Positions 10,206 to 19,722 of a stretch of 64,000 nucleotides of DNA are shown piece by piece. The stretch is taken from the NCBI GenBank assembly GCA_048270185.1, contig JBLWTJ010000001.1, forward strand, positions 608,001 through 672,000, in the 5' to 3' direction. The stretch comes from Bacteriovoracaceae bacterium. GTDB lineage: Bacteria; Bdellovibrionota; Bacteriovoracia; Bacteriovoracales; Bacteriovoracaceae. The position numbers and the translations under genes were made by a program. Position 1 is the stretch's first letter, and each line of letters starts with the position of its first letter. The notes beneath the pieces are model-generated. The model ran no database searches, was not told where the DNA came from, and saw nothing but the letters and a program-made list of their open reading frames with translations.

Positions 10206-10250
10206 TTTAGATCGCGTTAGAGTTATGTCAATTCTTTGAAAAATAATGGC

Positions 10251-10943
10251 CTATTGCGCGTGCTGTGGACGCAGCTTATAGCCGATCCCACGAACAGTTT
10301 CAATAAGTTGCTCATTAAATTTCTGACGAAGTTGAAGTACGTGAGTATCAACTGTTCGAGTTGATGGATAGCACTCGTATCCCCAAACCTTATTTAAAAT
10401 CTCATCGCGAGAAAGTGCGCGATTAGGATTTTCCACAAGAAGTTTTAGAAAATCAAATTCCATCTTTGTTAATTCAACTAACTCTCCATCCCAAGTTACT
10501 TCACGCGTATCATTATCGATTTTTAACTTTCCAAGAGTTAGAACCCCCTTAGTATCGACTTCCTTGCCTGTTGCTCCACCTTGTTCTCCAATTCGAAGCT
10601 GAACACGAACGCGAGCAAGCAACTCTCTCGACTCAAAAGGCTTTGTAATATAGTCATTTGCACCTGATTCAAGTCCTACAACCTTATCAATGAGATCAGT
10701 CTTGGCCGTTAAAATAATCATTGGTGTTTTAATATTTTTTGCACGAATCTCTTTTAGAAAATCAATTCCTTGTCCATCCGGAAGCATCCAATCTTGAATA
10801 ATTAAATTAATAGGAGCTAGATCAACTTTGCGTGCCTCTTCTAAAGTCTGGGCCCAACAGGCATCGAAGCCTTCCATTTTTAAAAAGTCTAAAATTCCCT
10901 TTCCGAGAGATACATCATCTTCAACTAATAGTATTTTATCCAT
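10251..10943 (-). CDS. OmpR-family response regulator (VxrB/WigR-like)
   Basis: LLVEDD, QDWMLPD, KPF; winged helix STRTVDTHVLQLRQK. Confidence 0.93.
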   Translation of the reverse strand: MDKILLVEDDVSLGKGILDFLKMEGFDACWAQTLEEARKVDLAPINLIIQDWMLPDGQGIDFLKEIRAKNIKTPMIILTAKTDLIDKVVGLESGANDYITKPFESRELLARVRVQLRIGEQGGATGKEVDTKGVLTLGKLKIDNDTREVTWDGELVELTKMEFDFLKLLVENPNRALSRDEILNKVWGYECYPSTRTVDTHVLQLRQKFNEQLIETVRGIGYKLRPQHAQ

Positions 10944-12516
10944 TTGGCTTTTTCCTCTTTGGTAGAGTGATAATAAATGTGGTTGGATTTTTTACAAGGG
11001 TTATCTTTCCGCCCCATTCCACAACAATATTTTTAATAATATTTAAACCTAGACCAGTTCCTGAACTTTTTGAACCCTTAACAAACTCACTTGTTAGTGT
11101 ATCGAGATCACGAGTAATTTCACCACCATCACCCACTTCAACAACAAAGTTCTTATCCTTCTCATAAATTTTTATATAATGTTTTTCTTCACCGTGAACA
11201 AAAGAGTTCTCAACTAAATTTTTAATTAGGATTTGGAACCAATAATAATCGACATAGATTTCATCTTTAAGATCAACGCTCACGTCGATTTCTTTATTAT
11301 AAGTTTCCTTAACAGGAATTATTGTATCATAAACAAGATCTTCTGGGTTTTGCAATTTTTCATAACTAAAGGTAATCATCCCACCAGCATTCGAACCTTG
11401 TAGGTAATGCTTTGATTTTTCAGTTAGTCTTTGTAGTCGATAAACTTCTCCGGCGACACGCAAAAGATCCTCTTGTTGCTCCTCAGGAAGCTTATCAATA
11501 GAGCGATTCATCTTCTCAACGATCAGTAGAAGTGAACTAACAGGTGTTCTAAATTCGTGAGTTAAAACTTGTAAGGCCATCTTCTTGCGATTCTCCTCAA
11601 CCTTGTCTCCTTTGATCTTACTAAAGAGCAGCCAAAGAATAATGAAGAAAATCACCATGATTCCAGTAAATGAAGTCAGAGTAGAAGTTGAAACAGTTTG
11701 CAATAAGTGTTTCGTATTTTGTCGCCAACAAATCGGTCCATCAGTATAAACACACCACTTACCTCCACGGGCCCGAGAAATTTGATATGGTGTTTGCTCA
11801 ATATATCTTTCAATTGAGTCAATCGAATAGAAGCGATACTCTAATACATTGTACTGACGAGGATACTTAATACGAGATAGAAGATAATTCTTTGCTAAAA
11901 TTGTCCCCTCTTCATTGATAATATCTGTTAGCGTAGCCTGACTTAAGCTTGCAAGGAGTCCATATATTCCGCCAAGAGGACCAATGTCACGTTGAAGTTG
12001 AGAAAGTTCTGAAACATGGAAATAAGAAAGATTCCTTCTTACCCAACTTGTACGAGATGCTTGTCCAGTTGCAAGTTGATACTGAAAAAGTAGATAAGCA
12101 TAACTAATTCCCGATTCGTGAATATAAGGTGGACTCTTTACAAACCAAGCAGGAATACGGGCAATTCTTCCACATCGAATCTGCTCCCATAGGCCTTTCT
12201 TTCGAGTTCCCTGAATTTGGGATTGTAGGATTTCAATATTTGAACATCCTTTTGAACTTGAAAGAAGAGATGAATCAAATTCTTCAATGGCAAGGGATGG
12301 GTTTAATAATTGAAATTGTTCTTGTGAGTAGTACAGGGAAGAAAAGTTAACAATAGCATAAGGTGTAATTGAAGACTGCATGTGATTTTTGATCTCGTTA
12401 ATCTCATCAATTTGGTATTGAGAGGCAAAACGGGGTGCAAAACTCTTTAAAACAAAGCTTCCAGAAAAAAAGGCAACAATTAACGCCGTGAATATAAGTA
12501 CAATATAAGGTTTCAT
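10936..12516 (-). CDS. sensor histidine kinase with DUF3404/VxrA-like periplasmic domain
   Basis: Two TMs; H-box LTHEFRTP; N-box NLVENS; G boxes DGG, GTGLGL; periplasmic WF..PYIHESGISYA and CVYTDGPICW. Confidence 0.9.
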   Translation of the reverse strand: MKPYIVLIFTALIVAFFSGSFVLKSFAPRFASQYQIDEINEIKNHMQSSITPYAIVNFSSLYYSQEQFQLLNPSLAIEEFDSSLLSSSKGCSNIEILQSQIQGTRKKGLWEQIRCGRIARIPAWFVKSPPYIHESGISYAYLLFQYQLATGQASRTSWVRRNLSYFHVSELSQLQRDIGPLGGIYGLLASLSQATLTDIINEEGTILAKNYLLSRIKYPRQYNVLEYRFYSIDSIERYIEQTPYQISRARGGKWCVYTDGPICWRQNTKHLLQTVSTSTLTSFTGIMVIFFIILWLLFSKIKGDKVEENRKKMALQVLTHEFRTPVSSLLLIVEKMNRSIDKLPEEQQEDLLRVAGEVYRLQRLTEKSKHYLQGSNAGGMITFSYEKLQNPEDLVYDTIIPVKETYNKEIDVSVDLKDEIYVDYYWFQILIKNLVENSFVHGEEKHYIKIYEKDKNFVVEVGDGGEITRDLDTLTSEFVKGSKSSGTGLGLNIIKNIVVEWGGKITLVKNPTTFIITLPKRKKPNG

Positions 12517-12626
12517 TAAATCTAGTCTATCCCAGCATTTACAATATTAAACGTATCGTTAATAATTGTCCTAAATTAGTCAAAGTATTGTCAATTATTG
12601 ATGAACGCAAAGCAAAAGGAAGATTC

Positions 12627-13397
12627 ATGCTCATTCTCGGAGTTGATTTAGAAGGTATTAACGAAAACCTCACACAAAAAGGTGTCAACCTCGATATCGA
12701 CCGAGTAACAGAAATTGGAGCTGTTCTTTGGGATACTAGAATAAACTCTCCAGTGCGTGTCTTCTCAGAACTGATCGAAGAAAGAGATCGTCTAAAACTT
12801 ACTCAAGAAGTTATTGATCTGACAGGAATCGATGAAAAACTTCTCGCGGACTGGGGCCTTAAGGGCGAAGAAATTAAGATGGCCCTGCAAAGGCTTACGA
12901 TCTTAATAAAAAAAGCAGATTATCTCATGGCCCACAATGGGGCCAAGTATGACAAGCCAATGTTAACAGCAATGTTTGAAAGGTACGGGCTTGAGATGCC
13001 AAATAAAGTTTGGATTGATACACAAGAAGATGTTGAGTATCCAAAGAAGATCACACATAAATCAATGGCCATGTTAGAGCATTCTCACGGCTTTATTAAT
13101 CCATTCCCACATCGTGCAGTAACTGACGTACTCTCAATGCTTAAAATAGCTTCTCACTACGATTACTCACGAATGGCCAAGCTTGCCAGTGCTCCTAAGA
13201 TTAGAATCGTGGCGGAACTTAAGGCACCAAATTGGAAGAATAAGCAAGAAGTTGAAAAGTTTAATACAATCAAGCACAAAGTTGCTCGTGCTCGTTTTCA
13301 GTGGGACCCAAATGAAAAAGTTTGGTCTAAAATCGTTTCTCAAGTTCATATTGATGAAGGCAAACTTATGTATGACTTTGATTGGAGACTTGCATAA
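12627..13397 (+). CDS. DEDDh 3'-5' exonuclease (DnaQ-like)
   Basis: VDLEG, AHNGAKYD, HRAVTDV; ATG at 12627 after AGGAAG. Confidence 0.88.
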   Translation: MLILGVDLEGINENLTQKGVNLDIDRVTEIGAVLWDTRINSPVRVFSELIEERDRLKLTQEVIDLTGIDEKLLADWGLKGEEIKMALQRLTILIKKADYLMAHNGAKYDKPMLTAMFERYGLEMPNKVWIDTQEDVEYPKKITHKSMAMLEHSHGFINPFPHRAVTDVLSMLKIASHYDYSRMAKLASAPKIRIVAELKAPNWKNKQEVEKFNTIKHKVARARFQWDPNEKVWSKIVSQVHIDEGKLMYDFDWRLA

Positions 13398-13873
13398 GGT
13401 ACTCAACTCGTCCCCTACCAGAGTATAAGTTTAGACCGGGAGTGAATCCTCATCCACTAAAATCTGGTGGGCATATGGAAACCTCAGGAGAGCCAGAAAC
13501 TGCAAGCCTAAAATCAAGTGATGACTTTAGAAATAACGAAGACTACCTCTACGCTATTGATCTCGTCAATGAAGGCTACTACTGGGAATGTCACGCCTAT
13601 CTTGAATCCTTGTGGAATGAACACGGACGAACTGATCAATTTGCGACTCTCTTTAAGGCCATCATCAAAATCGCCGCAGGACTTTTAAAGCTTGAGATGA
13701 AGCAAGAGTCTGCTTTCGAGACTCACTTAAAGAGATGTCTTGAATTACTTTCTGAAATTAAAGATGACCACTTCTGTGGCATCGAGATCAGAGAATTAGA
13801 AGTTCTGGTTTCTCATATGCTCAGCAAACCTCTGGAAGCCGCCCCAAAGTTCTTCATCAAACTTAGGCTTTAG
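13382..13873 (+). CDS. DUF309 family protein
   Basis: GYYWECHAYLESLW motif; P.Y..RPG..PHP N-terminus. Confidence 0.8.
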   Translation: METCIRYSTRPLPEYKFRPGVNPHPLKSGGHMETSGEPETASLKSSDDFRNNEDYLYAIDLVNEGYYWECHAYLESLWNEHGRTDQFATLFKAIIKIAAGLLKLEMKQESAFETHLKRCLELLSEIKDDHFCGIEIRELEVLVSHMLSKPLEAAPKFFIKLRL

Positions 13874-14215
13874 CTTCTTCCTATCAAGGGCCTTGCGCAT
13901 ACAATAGAGCCACTCATCGCGCTCAGCAATACCTATTTTAAAAGGAAAGTGACGCTTTCTCATTCTTGGGTGGCCGTAAGCTTCGATATAGAGGCCAGGG
14001 CCTCCAAGCCAGCCAGATAAGAACATAAAGAGTTTCTTATTGGCCGAATCTAAACTCTTTGCATGAAGGTTACGACACTTTGATGCCTTTGGGTCTGTGT
14101 CCATAACTTCATAGAAATCATCAACAAGTGATTGCACCCCTTGGGCCCCACCTAGTTTTTCATAAGGAGTTAGTTTTAATTTTCGAATGAGGAAATCAGG
14201 TAGTTTTATTGACAT
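13796..14215 (-). CDS. group II truncated hemoglobin
   Basis: LVDDFYEVM, FLSGWLGGP, GHPRMRKRHFPFKIG, RDEWLYCM. Confidence 0.92.
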   Translation of the reverse strand: MSIKLPDFLIRKLKLTPYEKLGGAQGVQSLVDDFYEVMDTDPKASKCRNLHAKSLDSANKKLFMFLSGWLGGPGLYIEAYGHPRMRKRHFPFKIGIAERDEWLYCMRKALDRKKLKPKFDEELWGGFQRFAEHMRNQNF

Positions 14216-14251
14216 AAAAAAAGGCCTCTGTGTTAGAGGCCCTTTATAGCA

Positions 14252-15538
14252 TTAGTTTTTAATATTGTTAAGTAGGCGGTAAGCTTCAATTCTTCCTGAC
14301 TTAGCATATGAAGTCAGCCCAGCGTTTGGCACTGAAGTCTTGTAGATTCTCTCTTTAATTTCAGAAAAGCTTAATTGATCTTCTTTAGACATAAGAAGTC
14401 CTAAGATACCTGAAACCATTGGCGTTGCCATTGAAGTCCCTGACATTTTCTTATAACTATTTCCTGGCACAGTTGAAAGGATATTCTCACCTGGAGCAAA
14501 TACGTGAACAGTATCTTGACCGTAGTTAGAAAAAGAAGCCTTTGTTCCTTTACCACTCATGGCACCAACAGAGATTACGTTACCAACTTCATAATTTGCA
14601 GGATAAGTTGCTCTAGCATCATTGTCTGCTCTCGAGTTACCAGCTGCTGCGACAAAGAGAACACCTTTATCGTGTGCATTTTGGATTGACTCAAGAAGAG
14701 CTTGAGAGAATCCTCCTCCGCCCCAAGAGTTTGAAAGAATTTTTGCACCATTAGCTACAGCGTAATCAATTGAAGAGATAGCATCAATTGTTTCACCTGA
14801 ACCACTGTCACTTAGGAATTTAATTGACATGATTTTTACGTTTGCCATAACACCCATGATCCCTTCACCATTGTGTTCAGCACCAATAACACCTGCACAG
14901 TGAGTACCATGAGAGTGACCATCCATTGGATCAGCATCTTTATTTGAGAAGTCATATCCATAAACATCATCAACAAATCCGTTTCCATCATCATCAATTC
15001 CGTTACCAGCGATTTCACCTTCATTCTTCCACATATTTTGAACTAGATCAGGGTGAGTGTAATCAACACCTGTATCAATAACAGCAACAACAAGATCGCG
15101 GTTTCCAGTTTCAACATTCCATGCCTGAGTTGCATTGATATCTTCACCAGCTTTCCCACTTGAGAACCAACCACCAGAGTTACGTCCAGTATTTAGTAGT
15201 CCCCATTGCTGACCAAACTTTTCATCACGATTTAAGCTCTCAAGAGAGTTTGTTTCATTTTGTGGAGCATTGAAGTCATTTAGGTTAATTACCCAGTTTT
15301 TTTCAACATAAGCAACCGCAGGGTCATTGATTAGACCTTGAGCATTTTCAGCGCTAATCACGCCACCTTTAAGAACGGCAAATGTACCAAAGCTTAGCTT
15401 TCTGATTTGAGTATCAGCAAAGTTTGTGTTTACGAAAGATTCGAAACCTGGCTTAAGTTTAACAATGTACCCGTTGAAGTCTTGAGCTGAAGCGCTCAGT
15501 GCACAAGTCATTCCTAGTGCAAGAAATAGTTTTTTCAT
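14252..15538 (-). CDS. secreted S8 (subtilisin-like) serine protease
   Basis: Signal peptide and propeptide; VIDTG, HGTHCAG, AAAGN, SGTSMATP. Confidence 0.96.
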   Translation of the reverse strand: MKKLFLALGMTCALSASAQDFNGYIVKLKPGFESFVNTNFADTQIRKLSFGTFAVLKGGVISAENAQGLINDPAVAYVEKNWVINLNDFNAPQNETNSLESLNRDEKFGQQWGLLNTGRNSGGWFSSGKAGEDINATQAWNVETGNRDLVVAVIDTGVDYTHPDLVQNMWKNEGEIAGNGIDDDGNGFVDDVYGYDFSNKDADPMDGHSHGTHCAGVIGAEHNGEGIMGVMANVKIMSIKFLSDSGSGETIDAISSIDYAVANGAKILSNSWGGGGFSQALLESIQNAHDKGVLFVAAAGNSRADNDARATYPANYEVGNVISVGAMSGKGTKASFSNYGQDTVHVFAPGENILSTVPGNSYKKMSGTSMATPMVSGILGLLMSKEDQLSFSEIKERIYKTSVPNAGLTSYAKSGRIEAYRLLNNIKN

Positions 15539-15740
15539 GTTTTTTATCCTTATGTTCGTCCGTGACCAAAAGTTTTACTTTTTTCAATCCTAAAACTATT
15601 TCAAATTAATTTTCTTAAGACAAGTTCACTTTACAACATGTAAGAAGTTGTTACGATACCCAACTTTTCATGTCGGAATTAATCCCCTTTACGTAAACAC
15701 ATCCGATTGGGTAGAATAAGAGCGCTTTCAAAGGATAATT

Positions 15741-16457
15741 ATGACTGATATGCCAAATACAAGTAATGAAAATACAAATAAGCCTAAAAAAGAAAACCCG
15801 TTCATCAATCTTCTTTGCAACGTGGTCATTCCATCGGTAATTCTCACAAAGTTCTCAGGGCCGGAAAAACTCGGTCAAGTTAATGCTCTTGTGATTGCCC
15901 TGGCCTTTCCACTTCTTTATGGAGCGTGGGACTTCTTTACGCAGAAGAAATTCAACTGGATCTCGGCCATTGGTCTCGTAAGTGTTCTCTTAACAGGTGG
16001 GATTGGACTCTTTCAACTTGATAAGACTTGGATGATTGTCAAGGAGACGGCCCTGCCTTTAGTAATTGGACTCTTTGTTCTTGCTTCTCAATATACAAAG
16101 AAGCCTCTAGTAAGAATGCTCATTGAACAAATCTTTGATATCGATAAAATCCACGCGGCCGTGGATGCTCGTGGAGGACGTGAGGACTTTGATCAAAAAA
16201 TTCATATCTCTGGATTTTACTTTTCTTCAACTTTCTTCCTATCGGCTGTTTTAAACTACGCACTTGCAGTTATTGTCCTAAAAGGTGCACCAGGAAGTGT
16301 TGAATTTAATGAGAGCCTTGGGAAGATGACGGCCCTAAGCTTTCCTGTCATTTCTGTACCAACAGTTATTGCTACAGGGTTTATCATTTACGGCCTTGTT
16401 AATTATATAAAAAAGAATACGGACCTAGCTCTTGAAGAGATGGTCAACCAACATTAG
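15741..16457 (+). CDS. VC0807-family inner membrane protein
   Basis: NLLCNVVIPSVIL; VKETALP; C-terminal GSVEFNESLGKMTALSFPVI. Confidence 0.75.
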   Translation: MTDMPNTSNENTNKPKKENPFINLLCNVVIPSVILTKFSGPEKLGQVNALVIALAFPLLYGAWDFFTQKKFNWISAIGLVSVLLTGGIGLFQLDKTWMIVKETALPLVIGLFVLASQYTKKPLVRMLIEQIFDIDKIHAAVDARGGREDFDQKIHISGFYFSSTFFLSAVLNYALAVIVLKGAPGSVEFNESLGKMTALSFPVISVPTVIATGFIIYGLVNYIKKNTDLALEEMVNQH

Positions 16458-16467
16458 GTAGATAAAC

Positions 16468-17511
16468 ATGCAATTAAATCAACTTGGAAATACAGACATA
16501 AAAGTTACAAAGATTTGTCTTGGGACAATGACTTGGGGTGAGCAAAATACAATGGATGAAGCACACGCCCAACTTGATATGGCCATCGACTACGGTGTCA
16601 ACTTCATCGATACCGCCGAAATGTATCCGGTACCAGGAAAGCAAAATACATATTCAACAACTGAGCAGTATATAGGCCAGTGGGATAAGATAAGATCTCA
16701 CCGCGATAAATTTATTCTTGCTTCTAAAGTTGCAGGCCCAGGAAATATGGATGCTTGGATTAGAGACACTGACGTTAGAAAGAGTGCTTTTTCAAAGTCA
16801 GATATTAAAACAGCGTGTGAAGCTTCTCTTAAAAGACTAAATACTGATTATCTTGATCTCTACCAACTTCACTGGCCAACCAGAGTCACTAACTTCTTTG
16901 GCCGCCTAAATTATGAGCATATTACGGATGAACTTGAAGTAAGCATTAATGAGCGAGTTGAAGCATTAGATGAACTCATTGCCGAGGGAAAGATTCGTCA
17001 TTGGGGACTTTCAAATGAATCAGCTTGGGGTGCCATGAAGTATCTTGAAGCCTCAAAAAGTAATCGACCTGTTTCAATTCAAAACCCATACTCACTTCTC
17101 AATCGCAGTTATGAAGTTGGTCTTGCTGAAATTTCAATGCGTGAAAATATTGGCCTTCTTGCCTACTCGCCACTTGCCTTTGGCGCACTAAGTGGAAAGT
17201 ATCTTGATGGAAAGAGGCCAGCTAACTCAAGATTAACGGAGTATGGTGAGTACTTTACTCGCTATTCTTCAGAACATGCACAAAATGCAATTCGCGCTTA
17301 TGTTGAACTTGCCAATGACGTGGGACTCTCTCCTGCTACACTTGCCCTGGCCTTTGTGAATGATCGTGAGTTTATGACGTCAAATATTATCGGTGCCACA
17401 AATCTTGAGCAGCTTCGTGAAAACCTTGCCTCAAGTGAAGTAAGACTCGATCACGCAACTTTGGCCCGCATCGAAGAAATCCACAAGATCTTCACTTTCC
17501 CATGCCCATAA
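16468..17511 (+). CDS. tas: NADP(H)-dependent aldo-keto reductase (Tas-like)
   Basis: ICLGTMTWGEQN, FIDTAEMYP, LYQLHWP, SIQNPYSLLNR, LAYSPLAFG. Confidence 0.9.
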   Translation: MQLNQLGNTDIKVTKICLGTMTWGEQNTMDEAHAQLDMAIDYGVNFIDTAEMYPVPGKQNTYSTTEQYIGQWDKIRSHRDKFILASKVAGPGNMDAWIRDTDVRKSAFSKSDIKTACEASLKRLNTDYLDLYQLHWPTRVTNFFGRLNYEHITDELEVSINERVEALDELIAEGKIRHWGLSNESAWGAMKYLEASKSNRPVSIQNPYSLLNRSYEVGLAEISMRENIGLLAYSPLAFGALSGKYLDGKRPANSRLTEYGEYFTRYSSEHAQNAIRAYVELANDVGLSPATLALAFVNDREFMTSNIIGATNLEQLRENLASSEVRLDHATLARIEEIHKIFTFPCP

Positions 17512-17596
17512 CGGCATAACTTGCCTAGGCCCTCCACAAAAATCTCAAGCTAATTTAATTTGTTAAAATTAGTTAAGTAAAGATGTGGAGGGGTTC

Positions 17597-18205
17597 ATGT
17601 TTAATAGAATTAAACGTACCAATGAACTAGATAATGGTAAGAAAGAATTAGCTAAGATTTTCTACGAGCTAGAAGAGTTTGAAGATGCGCCACTTAGAAT
17701 GGCCCTGACAAGCTATGAAAACTTAAAGAGAGAATCGAAATCAACAGAGGATTTCTTCTTTTATCTAATCGAAGACTCAATCTTTACTTCTTTATATGCG
17801 ACTTTCTACGAAAGAATTTTTCAGGCCTTAAATGAAAATCCAGATCGCGCCCTTGAACTCATTGATAGCTTTAGTGCCGATGCAGATGAGCGCGAACAAG
17901 TCATTGCTACACAAACTCAACATCACCTATCTTTTATCGAAAATTTAGGAATGTGCCACGGTTGTGGTTCATGTGAATTCCATAAAGACGTTGCTGAGTT
18001 AATCGCCCACTATCAACGTGGAGATATCGATTTCTTTACAGAATTATACTTAGGGATGCAGACAATGCAATTTGCCATGGAGTACTTTCTCTATGACTTC
18101 ATTCCAAGTAACCCTGACTTAGTAAAGCTAACTCACCCGGCCCTTATTCAATACTGGCGTGAATTGATCTACAATTACGCAAAAGTTAAGGCCCACGAAA
18201 TTTAA
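17597..18205 (+). CDS. hypothetical protein with CxxCxxCxxH motif
   Basis: GGAGG RBS before ATG 17597; MCHGCGSCEFH. Confidence 0.75.
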   Translation: MFNRIKRTNELDNGKKELAKIFYELEEFEDAPLRMALTSYENLKRESKSTEDFFFYLIEDSIFTSLYATFYERIFQALNENPDRALELIDSFSADADEREQVIATQTQHHLSFIENLGMCHGCGSCEFHKDVAELIAHYQRGDIDFFTELYLGMQTMQFAMEYFLYDFIPSNPDLVKLTHPALIQYWRELIYNYAKVKAHEI

Positions 18206-18296
18206 GCCCAATACTTACAAGTTCTATCTTCTGCTTTTGAAAATTGCGTAAATAGAAACTCCTGATTATCATTAATTGATAATAAAAGGAGTTATT

Positions 18297-18854
18297 ATGA
18301 AATTACTAGTAAGTTTACTACTGCTTCTCCCTGCCTTCGGTGCAGGTCTTAAAATTGGAAATGACCTAACATCAAATCCACTTAGTGGATCAATTCGCGT
18401 AACATGTAGTGATCGCGGACAACATGACGTAAGATATGCAAATTGTCGCGCTAATTACCTAGATCCATCTGAGTTTTCAAAATTCGTTCTTGATGAAGGT
18501 GAAAAAGTTGATGCTGACAAAGTGACTCTTTACTACAAAGATCACAAAGGTAAGAGAAAATCAAAATCTTCGAGATTTGATGCAAACAAAGGTGAAAGTA
18601 AGTCTGAGTTCAACCTTTGGATTCACACTCTTCTACAAAGACCACTTCTAAACTACTACGGTGAAAATGAAATCGAGTACAAATTAGAAAAAGATGGTAA
18701 CAAAGTAGCTCAAGGCTCATTTATCGTTAACGTTGAAAAAGTTGAAGAGAAACATTGTCCAACAGCAAGTTACTACTCAAATAATATGAATGATTGTTCA
18801 AATCCTTCACTTATTTGTGGCCAGTACTTTAGAGAATTCAATTACTGTCAGTAA
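18297..18854 (+). CDS. secreted Cys-containing hypothetical protein
   Basis: AGGAG RBS; signal peptide MKLLVSLLLLLPAFG; 6 Cys. Confidence 0.75.
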   Translation: MKLLVSLLLLLPAFGAGLKIGNDLTSNPLSGSIRVTCSDRGQHDVRYANCRANYLDPSEFSKFVLDEGEKVDADKVTLYYKDHKGKRKSKSSRFDANKGESKSEFNLWIHTLLQRPLLNYYGENEIEYKLEKDGNKVAQGSFIVNVEKVEEKHCPTASYYSNNMNDCSNPSLICGQYFREFNYCQ

Positions 18855-18876
18855 GAATTTTTAAAATTGATATTAT

Positions 18877-18905
18877 AAAAAAGCCTCCGATTCGGAGGTT
18901 TTTTT
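18877..18905. terminator. bidirectional terminator hairpin (copy A)
   Basis: A-tract GCCTCCGA-T-TCGGAGGT T-tract. Confidence 0.8.
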
Positions 18906-18990
18906 ACATAAAAAAATAACTAATGACAAAGTAAAGGTATGACTAGCAAGAGGAAAGTTTATAAGATTGGCCATATTTTAAAAGAAGAGA

Positions 18991-19611
18991 TTAATAATTA
19001 ATACTGAGACTTTTTCTCACTTTGAGAATGTGAATAGCACCATATATTGAACCAATAAGCACCCCTATATAAGTTCCCCAGTGAATAAATGCAACCTGTT
19101 CAAAATTTTGAGGAAATTCTAAAAGCTCTTCTGCGCCAATAGAAAAGAACGGAAAAGCAAAGAATGAAATAAAGTAGCCTAAAACAGCGAGACCTAGGCC
19201 AAAGAAAAGAGGATACAATAATTTTCGGCAAAGAATTTTGTACTCTAATTGCATCATTTTATCTTTTGGATTGTTAGCTACTAAGAAAATTAGCCCTACA
19301 ATGATCCCCGCCCAATATGATGCTTTAACTGCAAGCCATATAATATCGGGATAAAATTCAATATTTCTTCCTAAACCTTTTGCTATATAGAAATACTCAG
19401 AAGAAATACTAAAAGTAATGAAGTCATGAATGATAGCAAAGACAACAGAGAATAAAGTTGTACTAGCTAAGAAACCATATTCTTTGGCCCTCTTTGGGTT
19501 TTTTGGATTTTTAAATAAGTCATAAGTACCAAAAATAATAAAGAAGCTTAATGCAAAAATAATTCTTACTTTCAAAGGAAGTAAATTTTCTAAATATTCC
19601 ATTATTATCAT
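18991..19611 (-). CDS. AT-rich multi-TM hypothetical membrane protein
   Basis: About 5 hydrophobic segments; IHDFITFSISSEYF, ASYWAG, FIHWGTY. Confidence 0.7.
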   Translation of the reverse strand: MIIMEYLENLLPLKVRIIFALSFFIIFGTYDLFKNPKNPKRAKEYGFLASTTLFSVVFAIIHDFITFSISSEYFYIAKGLGRNIEFYPDIIWLAVKASYWAGIIVGLIFLVANNPKDKMMQLEYKILCRKLLYPLFFGLGLAVLGYFISFFAFPFFSIGAEELLEFPQNFEQVAFIHWGTYIGVLIGSIYGAIHILKVRKSLSINY

Positions 19612-19648
19612 AGTAAGCAATTAAAAAAGTTTTATCCACTTGTTTAAG

Positions 19649-19684
19649 AAAAAAGAAAGCCTCCAAAACGGAGGCTTTCTTTTT
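19649..19684. terminator. bidirectional terminator hairpin (copy B)
   Basis: AAAAAGAAAGCCTCC-aaaac-GGAGGCTTTCTTTTT. Confidence 0.85.
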
Positions 19685-19722
19685 ATACAGTGAATCCCGA
19701 AAAGGATCCATGAACTTTTTAG

